A stretch of 64,000 nt of DNA, taken from contig NIVC01001006.1 of the NCBI GenBank assembly GCA_002269645.1, positions 1-64,000 of the forward strand. The letters run 5' to 3'. The position numbers were made by a program, and so were the translations under genes. This document shows positions 41,571-56,399 of the stretch, in pieces (position 1 is the stretch's first letter; each line of letters opens with the position of its first letter). This DNA is from Macrostomum lignano. Its lineage: Eukaryota. The notes below the pieces were generated by a model. It did not search any database. It was not told where the DNA came from and worked only from the letters and a program-made list of their open reading frames with translations.

Positions 41571-42023
41571 TAAAGAATGAAGCAGTAAAGAAAACGTAAA
41601 CATTTTTTAAAGTTGAAACGAATTTCAATTGTTTGATGATAAACAGATTAGCAAAAATCCTGGTTTATTAATTAAGTCAACCGGAATCGGAGCTCTGGTC
41701 AATGCAGGCAAGGAGATTCGCGCCTGCACCGCACTGGCGCCCACGCGCTAACAGCAGTGGCTGCAATACGAACAGCTATGACAACTACAACTGCAAATAC
41801 AGAATAAATCGAAGCGGAAAAACTGTCGTCACGAGCTAATCATCTACTATCAGTAGGAGTGACGCAAAAACGCTTATTTTAATTATCTAATTAAAAAAAC
41901 TGCTTATAAATTAGATGCTATCTGGGGGCGCCAAAGAAAGTCCGACAGCGGCCGATTGGTGTGGATGCTGGTGGATCACTATTGATTATTGATAAGTGAG
42001 AAATATATTAACTAAACTAGTAG

Positions 42024-42472
42024 CCCACTGGCTAGATTAGCAATCCACTGGCTAGATTAGCAATCCATTGGCTAGATTAGCAATCCACTAGCTATATTAG
42101 CAATCCACTGGCTAGATTAGCAATCCACTGGCTAGATTAGCCATCCACTGATAGATTAGCAATCCAATGGCTAGATTAGCAATCCAATGGCTAGATTAGC
42201 AATCCAATGGCTAGATTAGCAATTCACTGGCTAGATTAGCAATTCACTGGCTAGATTAGCAATCCACTGGCTAGATTAGCAATCCACTGGCTAGATTAGC
42301 AATCCAATGGCTAGATTAGCAATCCACTGGATAGATTAGCAATCCAGTGGCTAGATTAGCAATCCACTGGCTAGATTAGCAATCCATTGGCTAGATTAGC
42401 AATCCACTGGCTAGATTAGCAATCCACTGGCTAGATTAGCAATCCATTGGCTAGATTAGCAATCCACTGGCC
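42024..42472. repeat. 20-bp minisatellite (CCACTGGCTAGATTAGCAAT) just 3' of the ACAT1 stop
   Basis: About 22 copies. Confidence 0.96.
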
Positions 42473-42519
42473 ACTGTCAGACCCAGCAGCATCGAGTCAG
42501 AAGCCCCCTGACCAGCGAA

Positions 42520-45027
<2,508 letters not shown>

Positions 45028-45069
45028 CTAGGAGGATAATCCGCGGCTTTTGGGAGAGAATTGTTGATA

Positions 45070-45465
45070 GGGGCGCCAATATGGGTGACACATGGGGCGC
45101 CAAGGTGGGTGACACATGAGGCGCCAAGATGGGAGACAAACGGGCGCCAAGGTGGATGACACATGGGCGCCAAGGTGGGTGACACATGGGCGCCAAGGTG
45201 GGTGACACAGGGGCGCCAAGGTGGGTGACACATGGGGCGCCAAGATGGGTGACACATGGAGCGCCAAGATGGGTGACACTGGGGCGCTAAGATGGGTGAC
45301 ACATGGGGCACTAAGATGGGTGACACAGGGGCGCCAAGGTGGGTGACACATGGGGCACTAAGATGGGTGACACATGGGGCGCTAAGATGGGTGACACAGG
45401 GGCGCCAAGATGGGTGACACATGGGGCGCCAAGTTGGGTGACACAGGGGCGCCAAGATGGGTGAC
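45070..45465. repeat. 22-24-bp minisatellite (GGGTGACACATGGGGCGCCAAGAT) between MPP10 and ACAT1 (copy 1)
   Basis: Direct tandem copies. Confidence 0.94.
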
Positions 45466-45766
45466 AGTCTGACAGACAGATTTCAAAGTCGCCTGTGATG
45501 AACAGAACAGTCAGGTCCAGCCTTTCTCTGATTCCCTACAAATAAGGCATCCTTTCTCGCGAGTATTTTTGGGGAATTTGCTACAAAAAAGATAAAAAAC
45601 GCGGACATCAGTAGCCTAGCTAGTAATCTACGAGTAAATTGGAACCAGATCGGCAGCCCAAGATTTCCTAGCGAAGAGCAGAATTACACGAACGAAAAAT
45701 AATGAACAATGTTGACAGTGTCAAGTCCACGGAAGCAACTCTGAGTCCAGAAGCCCCTGTTTCGGA

Positions 45767-45772
45767 TTTATT
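45767..45772 (-). terminator. Candidate MPP10 polyadenylation signal AATAAA
   Basis: AATAAA on the minus strand ~400 nt after the MPP10 stop. Confidence 0.4.
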
Positions 45773-45954
45773 TATCCAGGATGCCAAAGACAACGGATTT
45801 ACAGCTGAGCACTGGCGGAGCAAATTTTTAATTCACAAAAACTGACAACTTTTTAGACAAGGCAATAAATTGAAGAGCATTGATAGCATGACAAAAATGC
45901 GCAGAAATTGTGCATGACAACAAGAAGCAATTTCTAATGTGTTTAGACAGGTTT

Positions 45955-46095
45955 ATGAGTGATTTCTGGCAGGGTTTATGGGTGGTTTCTGGCAGGGTTT
46001 ATGGGCAATTTCTGGCAGGGTTTATGGGTGGTTTCTGGCAGGGTTCATAGGCGATTTCTGGCAGGGTTTATGGGTGGTTTCTGGCAGGGTTTATG
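45955..46095. repeat. 23-bp tandem repeat (TTTCTGGCAGGGTTTATGGGTGG) in the MPP10 3' region (copy 1)
   Basis: About 6 copies. Confidence 0.9.
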
Positions 46096-46173
46096 AAACG
46101 TTTTGAGTCACTTCTGGAAGGGGATTATAGTTGCTACTCGTGTGGCTTCAACAGAATTTTATCGCAATATCAA

Positions 46174-47604
46174 TTAGGACGCCAGGATTCGAACTCGGGA
46201 CCCGGGTTTTCGCGCTTGCTGTTTGAGCTGCGTGAGAGCCGCCTGCCTCGGATCCTTCGATGCCAGGCCCGCCGCCTCTGCCCGCTGGCGCCGAAGCCGC
46301 TGGCCTTTCTTGGCCTTGCGCCGCCGCCGCAGCCGGTCGGTGCGGCTCAGCTCGCTGTCGCCGACCTCCTTGCCGGCCCGCCGGCCCGGCTTGTCAGCCA
46401 GCTGCTCCGGGGCCGCCTGCGAGGCCTCGGCAGAGGCGGCCGTGCCGCGGACCTCCTCCATGGCCAGAGCGGGCGCCCCGCTGACCACCCGGACGCGGGG
46501 CAGCGGGTTCTGCGGGGCGAAGTGCAGGCCGGACAGGCGGTCCAGCCGGGCCAGCAGGGAGTTCAGGTCGCGCCGGATCTCCTCGTGTTGCGGCAGCGAC
46601 TTGGCTGCCTCGGCCGTCTGCTGCTTGGCGAACTCGCCTTCGTACACCTCGGCAAGAGGCCGCGGCTTCTCCGTGTCCAGCAGCAGCGCCTTGCGGTACT
46701 CGGCGGGCCGCTCTTCGGGCCGGTGCTTCCTGGCCACGCTGTCGAACTTGGCCTCCTTGATGCGCGCCCTCACCAGCTCCTGGATGCGCGACTCCAGCTC
46801 CTCTGAGGCCAGCGGCCGCGGCCGGCCGATGTGATCGAAGTCCAGGTCTTCTTCCAGCAGGCCGCCTTCGGGCCGCTCAGCCGCCTCGATCTCGCCGCGC
46901 AGCTGCCAGGGCGCGGGCCGCACCAGCGAGTCCTCCAGAGCGGCGATCTCCTCGCGCATTCGCTTCTGGCTGCGCTCGAACTTCGACTGCGGACCCTCGG
47001 CCTCGCCAGCCTCCTCCGGCTCCTCATCATCGTCCCGCTCCCCGGTTTCTTCCTCCTCTTCCTCTTCATCAGGCGGTTCATTCCCTGGCCGCTTGGCCGG
47101 GTCGATGAAGTCGTCGAACTTCAAGCTGTCGAACGGCAGGTCCTCCCGGTCGAACCGGGCCGCCAGGTCCGCCTCCGCCTCGCTGTCTTCTTCGTCATCG
47201 GCGCTGCCGTCCGCCTCCTCGGCCTCCATCGCCAGCAGCTCCTCCTGCTCAGCTTCGTCCAGCTCGCCGCCTCGGAATATCGCATCATCGTCATCGCTGC
47301 CTGCAGCCTCCTCGGAGTCCGCATCGGCATCGGACAGCGGCGGCTCGTCTTCCTCATCCTCATCCTCCAGCTCGTCGGCGCCGTCATCGTCCAGACCGTC
47401 AAGCAGGTCGCCCTGGTCAACAGGGACTTTTTTCGAAGGCCGTCGAGATTCCGAGGTGGGCTTGGAGAGCGAGGCGAGGCGGGCTGCCAGGCGCCTGGCG
47501 CTCAGGGCCACCAGCTGGTCGTCTGTGAGGCCGACCAGCTCGTCGGCGAAGATGTTGCCGAACTCGGCGAAGCCTCCCGCATCAGCTGAGGCGGAGCTGG
47601 CCAT
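46174..47604 (-). CDS. MPP10: U3 snoRNP protein Mpp10 (copy 1, intronless, 476 aa)
   Basis: Acidic N-terminal half; PWQLRGEI...RPEGGLLEEDLDFDH, IRARIKEAKFDSVARK, LAEVYE, LDRLSGLHFAP, PALAMEEV motifs match the Mpp10 family. Confidence 0.93.
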   Translation of the reverse strand: MASSASADAGGFAEFGNIFADELVGLTDDQLVALSARRLAARLASLSKPTSESRRPSKKVPVDQGDLLDGLDDDGADELEDEDEEDEPPLSDADADSEEAAGSDDDDAIFRGGELDEAEQEELLAMEAEEADGSADDEEDSEAEADLAARFDREDLPFDSLKFDDFIDPAKRPGNEPPDEEEEEEETGERDDDEEPEEAGEAEGPQSKFERSQKRMREEIAALEDSLVRPAPWQLRGEIEAAERPEGGLLEEDLDFDHIGRPRPLASEELESRIQELVRARIKEAKFDSVARKHRPEERPAEYRKALLLDTEKPRPLAEVYEGEFAKQQTAEAAKSLPQHEEIRRDLNSLLARLDRLSGLHFAPQNPLPRVRVVSGAPALAMEEVRGTAASAEASQAAPEQLADKPGRRAGKEVGDSELSRTDRLRRRRKAKKGQRLRRQRAEAAGLASKDPRQAALTQLKQQARKPGSRVRILAS

Positions 47605-48891
47605 TGCTGCGGATTAGCATGAGAATTCTCAATAGAGCTACAAGAAAGCACAACATATCAAAAGGTGAACATTGGGTGAACATGCTGAAAAAATCAAAAC
47701 TTCCTATCTCCGTAGTGTATTTCTCGGCGAAAACCAGCTTCATAAACATTTTCTAAGATTTGCTGTTTCGCATCCTTCTACTTGATTCTTATAATTGGAA
47801 GCTGTACTTACAAATTGCATGCTTGCTAGACCAAGACCTTCATTGTGCAGACTTTAAACTAATAGCATGCTCGACATGTGCCATAAGTCATATATAGTAA
47901 CACACATGCATATTATAAAAATAATTTTTTATTATTGGTAGGCCTAAGACCTCAGCCTTTGCACTGTGCAAATGTGTATCAATGTTCTGGCTTTGGCTTT
48001 AGATAGGCCAAGTTAGGCCATAGACTAGGCCTGTCTAGAACTTCTTTACTGTAGGGATATATAGGACATTTAGTCTATTGGCCTAGCATTAATGACTAAC
48101 CAACCCTGGGTAGCTAGGTACTAGGTTAGGCTAGATTAACTTTTTATTTTATAGCTAGGCATACAGTTAGACTTCCAAAAATTCTTATTTTAAAGCATAA
48201 GAAAAGCCAAGCCCAAGACAGGGCTAAATTAGCCAGGCATAATAAAATCGACTTTTAGCTCATTTTGTTTTTAGACTTAAAACCATTTGTTATCTTACAT
48301 TCTTGCTAAATTTGTTATTCTGAAAATAAGAATGACAATATCTTATTTATTTTTGTTATTACCAAATGTGGTTTTTATTCATTATAATTATCAGCAAACT
48401 ACAATTATCAAATATTTTTATAAACATTTTAGCCACATGCCTTGAGCAAGAACCAAGTGAGCTATTATACACTTGGAAAGTGAGCAAAAACAAAGACAAA
48501 GAGAATTTTTGCATATAAGAAATGCCATTCAGTGTGAGTCATTCTTACCTAAACTAGCACATTTATTAATAGTACTTTTAAGTTTTTAAATAAAATAATT
48601 AGTGTCTTTGAGTATAAACAAATTAATATAACTGAAAGTATCATTTTTATATTAAACAGATTGCAGCTTAATCAATCAAGTGCAAGTAATGATGAGGCTT
48701 AGTGTTGGCCATGGAGAAGCTGATGCATTAGACATAGACTTTAGAGAGCACATTGACCAAGTAGAAACAGTATTCTCTAAATTCTTGGCCCCTTTAGACA
48801 CCTATAACAAGTGCAAAGCTTGCACTGAACCATTTTGTTGCATTGCATGTCATTTGCTACTAGTTTGCTAGAATTGCATCTAGAAGCCACA

Positions 48892-49180
48892 CATATATGC
48901 GCAACCTCCAAAATTCGGTCGGCCGTGCAACTTAGTTTTAACAAAAATGCGACGTAGTTTTTGGCCAAAAATGCGACTTACATGCAAAAAAACCCGAAAG
49001 CAAAATTAACGCAACTATGGGTAAACGGCAGGAGTAACTATGACTGTCTTATAAAACCCAAAATGCCTCGTCAGCTACTTAGTACTACTACTTAGTGTTT
49101 CTTCGGGTGGGTATTTTTGCAACTTCCTTGGTTGGCCGCTAAATCGGTTGGCCGGATTGGCCGACTGTTGCGCATGTATG
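48892..49180. mobile_element. MITE, 289 bp, 8-bp TSD (hAT or P superfamily), copy 1
   Basis: 14-bp TIR CATAYATGCGCAAC; exact TSD AAGCCACA at 48884-48891 and 49181-49188. Confidence 0.8.
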
Positions 49181-50238
49181 AAGCCACACATTCATTATCC
49201 ACCTCAAACAGTTGAGAAATGGAATGTATGTTATTAAAAGATGCAACTATGTTTTTTTACTATATCAACTTGTTTACACTTTTTTAAATCTTAGTGTAAG
49301 ATTAAAGTCATCATTATTGACATTTAATAAGGCAATATCTATTCCAAAATTAACTTTGACCATTCTAAGCTGCCAATATTCATATCCAGACCCTAGTTAT
49401 ATAAGAATTTCTAAAATTACTTTTGAAACCTTGAAAGAGACTTACATTTTAAGTCATATTGGCCTTTTTGCTGCTTCATGTAATAAATGTTCTATGGTAA
49501 AAATTTTAAAGCATTGTCAAAAATGAAATATGGTAACATTACAAAGCACTACACCACGTTGATCACAATGGTGATAAGAGAAAAACTACACTTGTAGCCT
49601 TAAAGGATGTACTATTAAGAAAATACATGAATGGCTTAGCATAGCTCTATAACATTGAGCATTTTGATCCAGATAAAGATCTCTATAACAATACAAAGTA
49701 GAATGATTATGTGCAAAAAATGAGTTATTTACAAAGTGCAAAGAATGGCTAACAAAAGAAGCAGGCCATATTGCTTCTAACAAGGCCAAAAACCCTAAAT
49801 TTGCTACAAACAGTAAGCTAAAAACAAAGCTATCAAGCAATGGAAGAAGCACTTAGCTTTCTATTTTAAGGTATATCCAACAATGTCCATGAGACCTAAG
49901 CTGCTATCATTTAGTCAAATAAAGGGAAAACCATTTAATTCTTTATATAGACATAAAAAATGTAGCCAAGTATTGTAACTTGAATGTTGAATACAACTTA
50001 TACAAGCCTAAAGGAGAGAGAGTATAGTGAAGCTCAGCTTTAAGAATTGTCTACTATATGATCTGATATTCCTAAAGAGCACATTGAAGCAGCTTAGGAT
50101 TTGTTACTAAAGGAAAGCTCAGACCTCACCTTTGTTAAAGCCCTTCACCTTATAGTATCTTAAAATATAGATAATATTCATTTAATAATAACAAAGACTT
50201 ATGCAATTTATATATTTTTAGTTTATGATTTATATATT

Positions 50239-50986
<748 letters not shown>

Positions 50987-51029
50987 CTAGGAGGATAATC
51001 CGCGGCTTTTGGGAGAGAATTGTTGATAG

Positions 51030-51425
51030 GGGCGCCAATATGGGTGACACATGGGGCGCCAAGGTGGGTGACACATGAGGCGCCAAGATGGGAGACAAAC
51101 GGGCGCCAAGGTGGATGACACATGGGCGCCAAGGTGGGTGACACATGGGCGCCAAGGTGGGTGACACAGGGGCGCCAAGGTGGGTGACACATGGGGCGCC
51201 AAGATGGGTGACACATGGAGCGCCAAGATGGGTGACACTGGGGCGCTAAGATGGGTGACACATGGGGCACTAAGATGGGTGACACAGGGGCGCCAAGGTG
51301 GGTGACACATGGGGCACTAAGATGGGTGACACATGGGGCGCTAAGATGGGTGACACAGGGGCGCCAAGATGGGTGACACATGGGGCGCCAAGTTGGGTGA
51401 CACAGGGGCGCCAAGATGGGTGACA
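51030..51425. repeat. 22-24-bp minisatellite (copy 2)
   Basis: Duplicate of 45070-45465. Confidence 0.94.
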
Positions 51426-51914
51426 GTCTGACAGACAGATTTCAAAGTCGCCTGTGATGAACAGAACAGTCAGGTCCAGCCTTTCTCTGATTCCCTACAA
51501 ATAAGGCATCCTTTCTCGCGAGTATTTTTGGGGAATTTGCTACAAAAAAGATAAAAAAACGCGGACATCAGTAGCCTAGCTAGTAATCTACGAGTAAATT
51601 GGAACCAGATCGGCAGCTCAAGATTTCCTAGCGAAGAGCAGAATTACACGAACGAAAAATAATGAACAATGTTGACAGTGTCAAGTCCACGGAAGCAACT
51701 CTGAGTCCAGAAGCCCCTGTTTCGGATTTATTTATCCAGGATGCCAAAGACAACGGATTTACAGCTGAGCACTGGCGGAGCAAATTTTTAATTCACAAAA
51801 ACTGACAACTTTTTAGACAAGGCAATAAATTGAAGAGCATTGATAGCATGACAAAAATGCGCAGAAATTGTGCATGACAACAAGAAGCAATTTCTAATGT
51901 GTTTAGACAGGTTT

Positions 51915-52055
51915 ATGAGTGATTTCTGGCAGGGTTTATGGGTGGTTTCTGGCAGGGTTTATGGGCAATTTCTGGCAGGGTTTATGGGTGGTTTCTGGCA
52001 GGGTTCATAGGCGATTTCTGGCAGGGTTTATGGGTGGTTTCTGGCAGGGTTTATG
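51915..52055. repeat. 23-bp tandem repeat (copy 2)
   Basis: Duplicate of 45955-46095. Confidence 0.9.
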
Positions 52056-52133
52056 AAACGTTTTGAGTCACTTCTGGAAGGGGATTATAGTTGCTACTCG
52101 TGTGGCTTCAACAGAATTTTATCGCAATATCAA

Positions 52134-53564
52134 TTAGGACGCCAGGATTCGAACTCGGGACCCGGGTTTTCGCGCTTGCTGTTTGAGCTGCGCGAGAGCC
52201 GCCTGCCTCGGATCCTTCGATGCCAGGCCCGCCGCCTCTGCCCGCTGGCGCCGAAGCCGCTGGCCTTTCTTGGCCTTGCGCCGCCGCCGCAGCCGGTCGG
52301 TGCGGCTCAGCTCGCTGTCGCCGACCTCCTTGCCGGCCCGCCGGCCCGGCTTGTCAGCCAGCTGCTCCGGGGCCGCCTGCGAGGCCTCGGCAGAGGCGGC
52401 CGTGCCGCGGACCTCCTCCATGGCCAGAGCGGGCGCCCCGCTGACCACCCGGACGCGGGGCAGCGGGTTCTGCGGGGCGAAGTGCAGGCCGGACAGGCGG
52501 TCCAGCCGGGCCAGCAGGGAGTTCAGGTCGCGCCGGATCTCCTCGTGTTGCGGCAGCGACTTGGCTGCCTCGGCCGTCTGCTGCTTGGCGAACTCGCCTT
52601 CGTACACCTCGGCAAGAGGCCGCGGCTTCTCCGTGTCCAGCAGCAGCGCCTTGCGGTACTCGGCGGGCCGCTCTTCGGGCCGGTGCTTCCTGGCCACGCT
52701 GTCGAACTTGGCCTCCTTGATGCGCGCCCTCACCAGCTCCTGGATGCGCGACTCCAGCTCCTCTGAGGCCAGCGGCCGCGGCCGGCCGATGTGATCGAAG
52801 TCCAGGTCTTCTTCCAGCAGGCCGCCTTCGGGCCGCTCAGCCGCCTCGATCTCGCCGCGCAGCTGCCAGGGCGCGGGCCGCACCAGCGAGTCCTCCAGAG
52901 CGGCGATCTCCTCGCGCATTCGCTTCTGGCTGCGCTCGAACTTCGACTGCGGACCCTCGGCCTCGCCAGCCTCCTCCGGCTCCTCATCATCGTCCCGCTC
53001 CCCGGTTTCTTCCTCCTCTTCCTCTTCATCAGGCGGTTCATTCCCTGGCCGCTTGGCCGGGTCGATGAAGTCGTCGAACTTCAAGCTGTCGAACGGCAGG
53101 TCCTCCCGGTCGAACCGGGCCGCCAGGTCCGCCTCCGCCTCGCTGTCTTCTTCGTCATCGGCGCTGCCGTCCGCCTCCTCGGCCTCCATCGCCAGCAGCT
53201 CCTCCTGCTCAGCTTCGTCCAGCTCGCCGCCTCGGAATATCGCATCATCGTCATCGCTGCCTGCAGCCTCCTCGGAGTCCGCATCGGCATCGGACAGCGG
53301 CGGCTCGTCTTCCTCATCCTCATCCTCCAGCTCGTCGGCGCCGTCATCGTCCAGACCGTCAAGCAGGTCGCCCTGGTCAACAGGGACTTTTTTCGAAGGC
53401 CGTCGAGATTCCGAGGTGGGCTTGGAGAGCGAGGCGAGGCGGGCTGCCAGGCGCCTGGCGCTCAGGGCCACCAGCTGGTCGTCTGTGAGGCCGACCAGCT
53501 CGTCGGCGAAGATGTTGCCGAACTCGGCGAAGCCTCCCGCATCAGCTGAGGCGGAGCTGGCCAT
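52134..53564 (-). CDS. MPP10: U3 snoRNP protein Mpp10 (copy 2, intact)
   Basis: Identical translation to copy 1 except one Thr/Ala change near the C-terminus. Confidence 0.93.
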   Translation of the reverse strand: MASSASADAGGFAEFGNIFADELVGLTDDQLVALSARRLAARLASLSKPTSESRRPSKKVPVDQGDLLDGLDDDGADELEDEDEEDEPPLSDADADSEEAAGSDDDDAIFRGGELDEAEQEELLAMEAEEADGSADDEEDSEAEADLAARFDREDLPFDSLKFDDFIDPAKRPGNEPPDEEEEEEETGERDDDEEPEEAGEAEGPQSKFERSQKRMREEIAALEDSLVRPAPWQLRGEIEAAERPEGGLLEEDLDFDHIGRPRPLASEELESRIQELVRARIKEAKFDSVARKHRPEERPAEYRKALLLDTEKPRPLAEVYEGEFAKQQTAEAAKSLPQHEEIRRDLNSLLARLDRLSGLHFAPQNPLPRVRVVSGAPALAMEEVRGTAASAEASQAAPEQLADKPGRRAGKEVGDSELSRTDRLRRRRKAKKGQRLRRQRAEAAGLASKDPRQAALAQLKQQARKPGSRVRILAS

Positions 53565-54828
53565 TGCTGCGGATTAGCATGAGAATTCTCAATAGAGCTA
53601 CAAGAAAGCACAACATATCAAAAGGTGAACATTGGGTGAACATGCTGAAAAAATCAAAACTTCCTATCTCCGTAGTGTATTTCTCGGCGAAAACCAGCTT
53701 CATAAACATTTTCTAAGATTTGCTGTTTCGCATCCTTCTACTTGATTCTTATAATTGGAAGCTGTACTTACAAATTGCATGCTTGCTAGACCCAGACCTT
53801 CATTGTGCAGACTTTAAACTAATAGCATGCTCGACATGTGCCATAAGTCATATATAGTAACACACATGCATATTATAAAAATAATTTTTTATTATTGGTA
53901 GGCCTAAGACCTCAGCCTTTGCACTGTGCAAATGTGTATCAATGTTCTGGCTTTGGCTTTAGATAGGCCAAGTTAGGCCATAGACTAAGCCTGTCTAGAA
54001 CTTCTTTACTGTAGGGATATATAGGACATTTAGTCTATTGGCCTAGCATTAATGACTAACCAACCCTAGGTGGCTAGGTCCTAGGTTAGGCTAGATTAAC
54101 TTTTTATTTTATAGCTAGGCATATAGTTAGACTTCCAAAAATTCTTATTTTAAAGCATAAGAAAAGCCAAGCCCAAGACAGGGCTAAATTAGCCAGGCAT
54201 AATAAAATCGACTTTTAGCTCATTTTGTTTTTAGACTTAAAACCATTTGTTATCTTACATTCTTGCTAAATTTGTTATTCTGAAAATAAGAATGACAATA
54301 TCTTATTTATTTTTGTTATTACCAAATGTGGTTTTTATTCATTATAATTATCAGCAAACTATAATTATCAAATATTTTTATAAACATTTTAGCCACATGC
54401 CTTGAGCAAGAACCAAGTGAGCTATTATACACTTGGAAAGTGAGCAAAAACAAAGACAAAGAGAATTTTTACATATAAGAAATGCCATTCAGTGTGAGTC
54501 ATTCTTACCTAAACTACTTTTAAGCTTTCAAATAAAAATTTAGTGTCTGAGTATAAACAAAAATAATATAACTGAAAGTATCATTTTTATATTAAACAGA
54601 TTGCAGCTTAATCAATCAAGTGCAAGTAATGATATGAGGCTTAGGCCATTGAGAAGCTGATGCATTAGACATAGACTTTAGAGAGCACATTGACCAAGTA
54701 GAAACAGTATTCTCTAAATTCTTGGCCCCTTTAGACACCTATAACAAGTGCAAAGCTTGCACTGAACCATTTTGTTGCATTGCATGTCATTTGCTACTAG
54801 TTTGCTAGAATTGCATCTAGAAGCCACA

Positions 54829-55125
54829 CATATATGTGCAACCTCCAAAATTCGGTCGGCCGTGCAACTTAGTTTTAACAAAAATGCGACGTAGTTTTTG
54901 GCCAAAAATGCAACTTACATGCAAAAAAAACCCGAAAGCAAAATTAACGCAACTATGGGTAAATGGCAGGAGTAACTATGACTGTCTTATAAAACCCAAA
55001 ATGCCTCGTCAGCTACTTAGTACTACTACTTAGTGTTTCTTCGGCCTTCGGGTGGGTATTTTTGCAACTTCCTTGGTTGGCCGCTAAATCGGTTGGCCGG
55101 ATTGGCCGACTGTTGCGCATGTATG
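54829..55125. mobile_element. MITE with 8-bp TSD (copy 2)
   Basis: TSD AAGCCACA at 54821-54828 and 55126-55133. Confidence 0.8.
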
Positions 55126-56399
55126 AAGCCACACATTCATTATCCACCTCAAACAGTTGAGAAATGGAATGTATGTTATTAAAAGATGCAACTATGTTTT
55201 TTTACTATATCAACTTGTTTACACTTTTTTAAATCTTAGTGTAAGATTAAAGTCATCATTATTGACATTTAATAAGGCAATATCTATTCCAAAATTAACT
55301 TTGACCATTCTAAGCTGCCAATATTCATATCCAGACCCTAGTTATATAAGAATTTCTAAAATTACTTTTGAAACCTTGAAAGAGACTTACATTTTAAGTC
55401 ATATTGGCCTTTTTGCTGCTTCATGTAATAAATGTTCTATGGTAAAAATTTTAAAGCATTGTCAAAAATGAAATATGGTAACATTACAAAGCACTACACC
55501 ACGTTGATCACAATGGTGATAAGAGAAAAACTACACTTGTAGCCTTAAAGGATGTACTATTAAGAAAATACATGAATGGCTTAGCATAGCTCTATAACAT
55601 TGAGCATTTTGATCCAGATAAAGATCTGTATAACAATACAAAGTAGAATGATTATGTGCAAAAAATGAGTTATTTACAAAGTGCAAAGAATGGCTAACAA
55701 AAGAAGCAGGCCATATTGCTTCTAACAAGGCCAAAAACCCTAAATTTGCTACAAACAGTAAGCTAAAAACAAAGCTATCAAGCAATGGAAGAAGCACTTA
55801 GCTTTCTATTTTAAGGTATATCCAACAATGTCCATGAGACCTAAGCTGCTATCATTTAGTCAAATAAAGGGAAAACCATTTAATTCTTTATATAGACATA
55901 AAAAATGTAGCCAAGTATTGTAACTTGAATGTTGAATACAACTTATACAAGCCTAAAGGAGAGAGAGTATAGTGAAGCTCAGCTTTAAGAATTGTCTACT
56001 ATATGATCTGATATTCCTAAAGAGCACATTGAAGCAGCTTAGGATTTGTTACTAAAGGAAAGCTCAGACCTCACCTTTGTTAAAGCCCTTCACCTTATAG
56101 TATCTTAAAATATAGATAATATTCATTTAATAATAACAAAGACTTATGCAATTTATATATTTTTAGTTTATGATTGACTGCTTTTTTCTCTTTTTAAAGC
56201 CAATTCAAAAGATGCTATTAAAACTTAATATTCTTTCCTTTTACCTCTCCTCTTTTATTTCTTTTATCTTTTTCTTTTTTCTTCTCCTCTCTTTTCTATT
56301 CTCTTTCCCTCCTTTTCTCTTTCTTCTCTTTTTCTCTTTTTTCTGCTCTTTTTAATAATCCTTCTTTATTGTCAAACCTCATTATCTAATTTTCTATAG

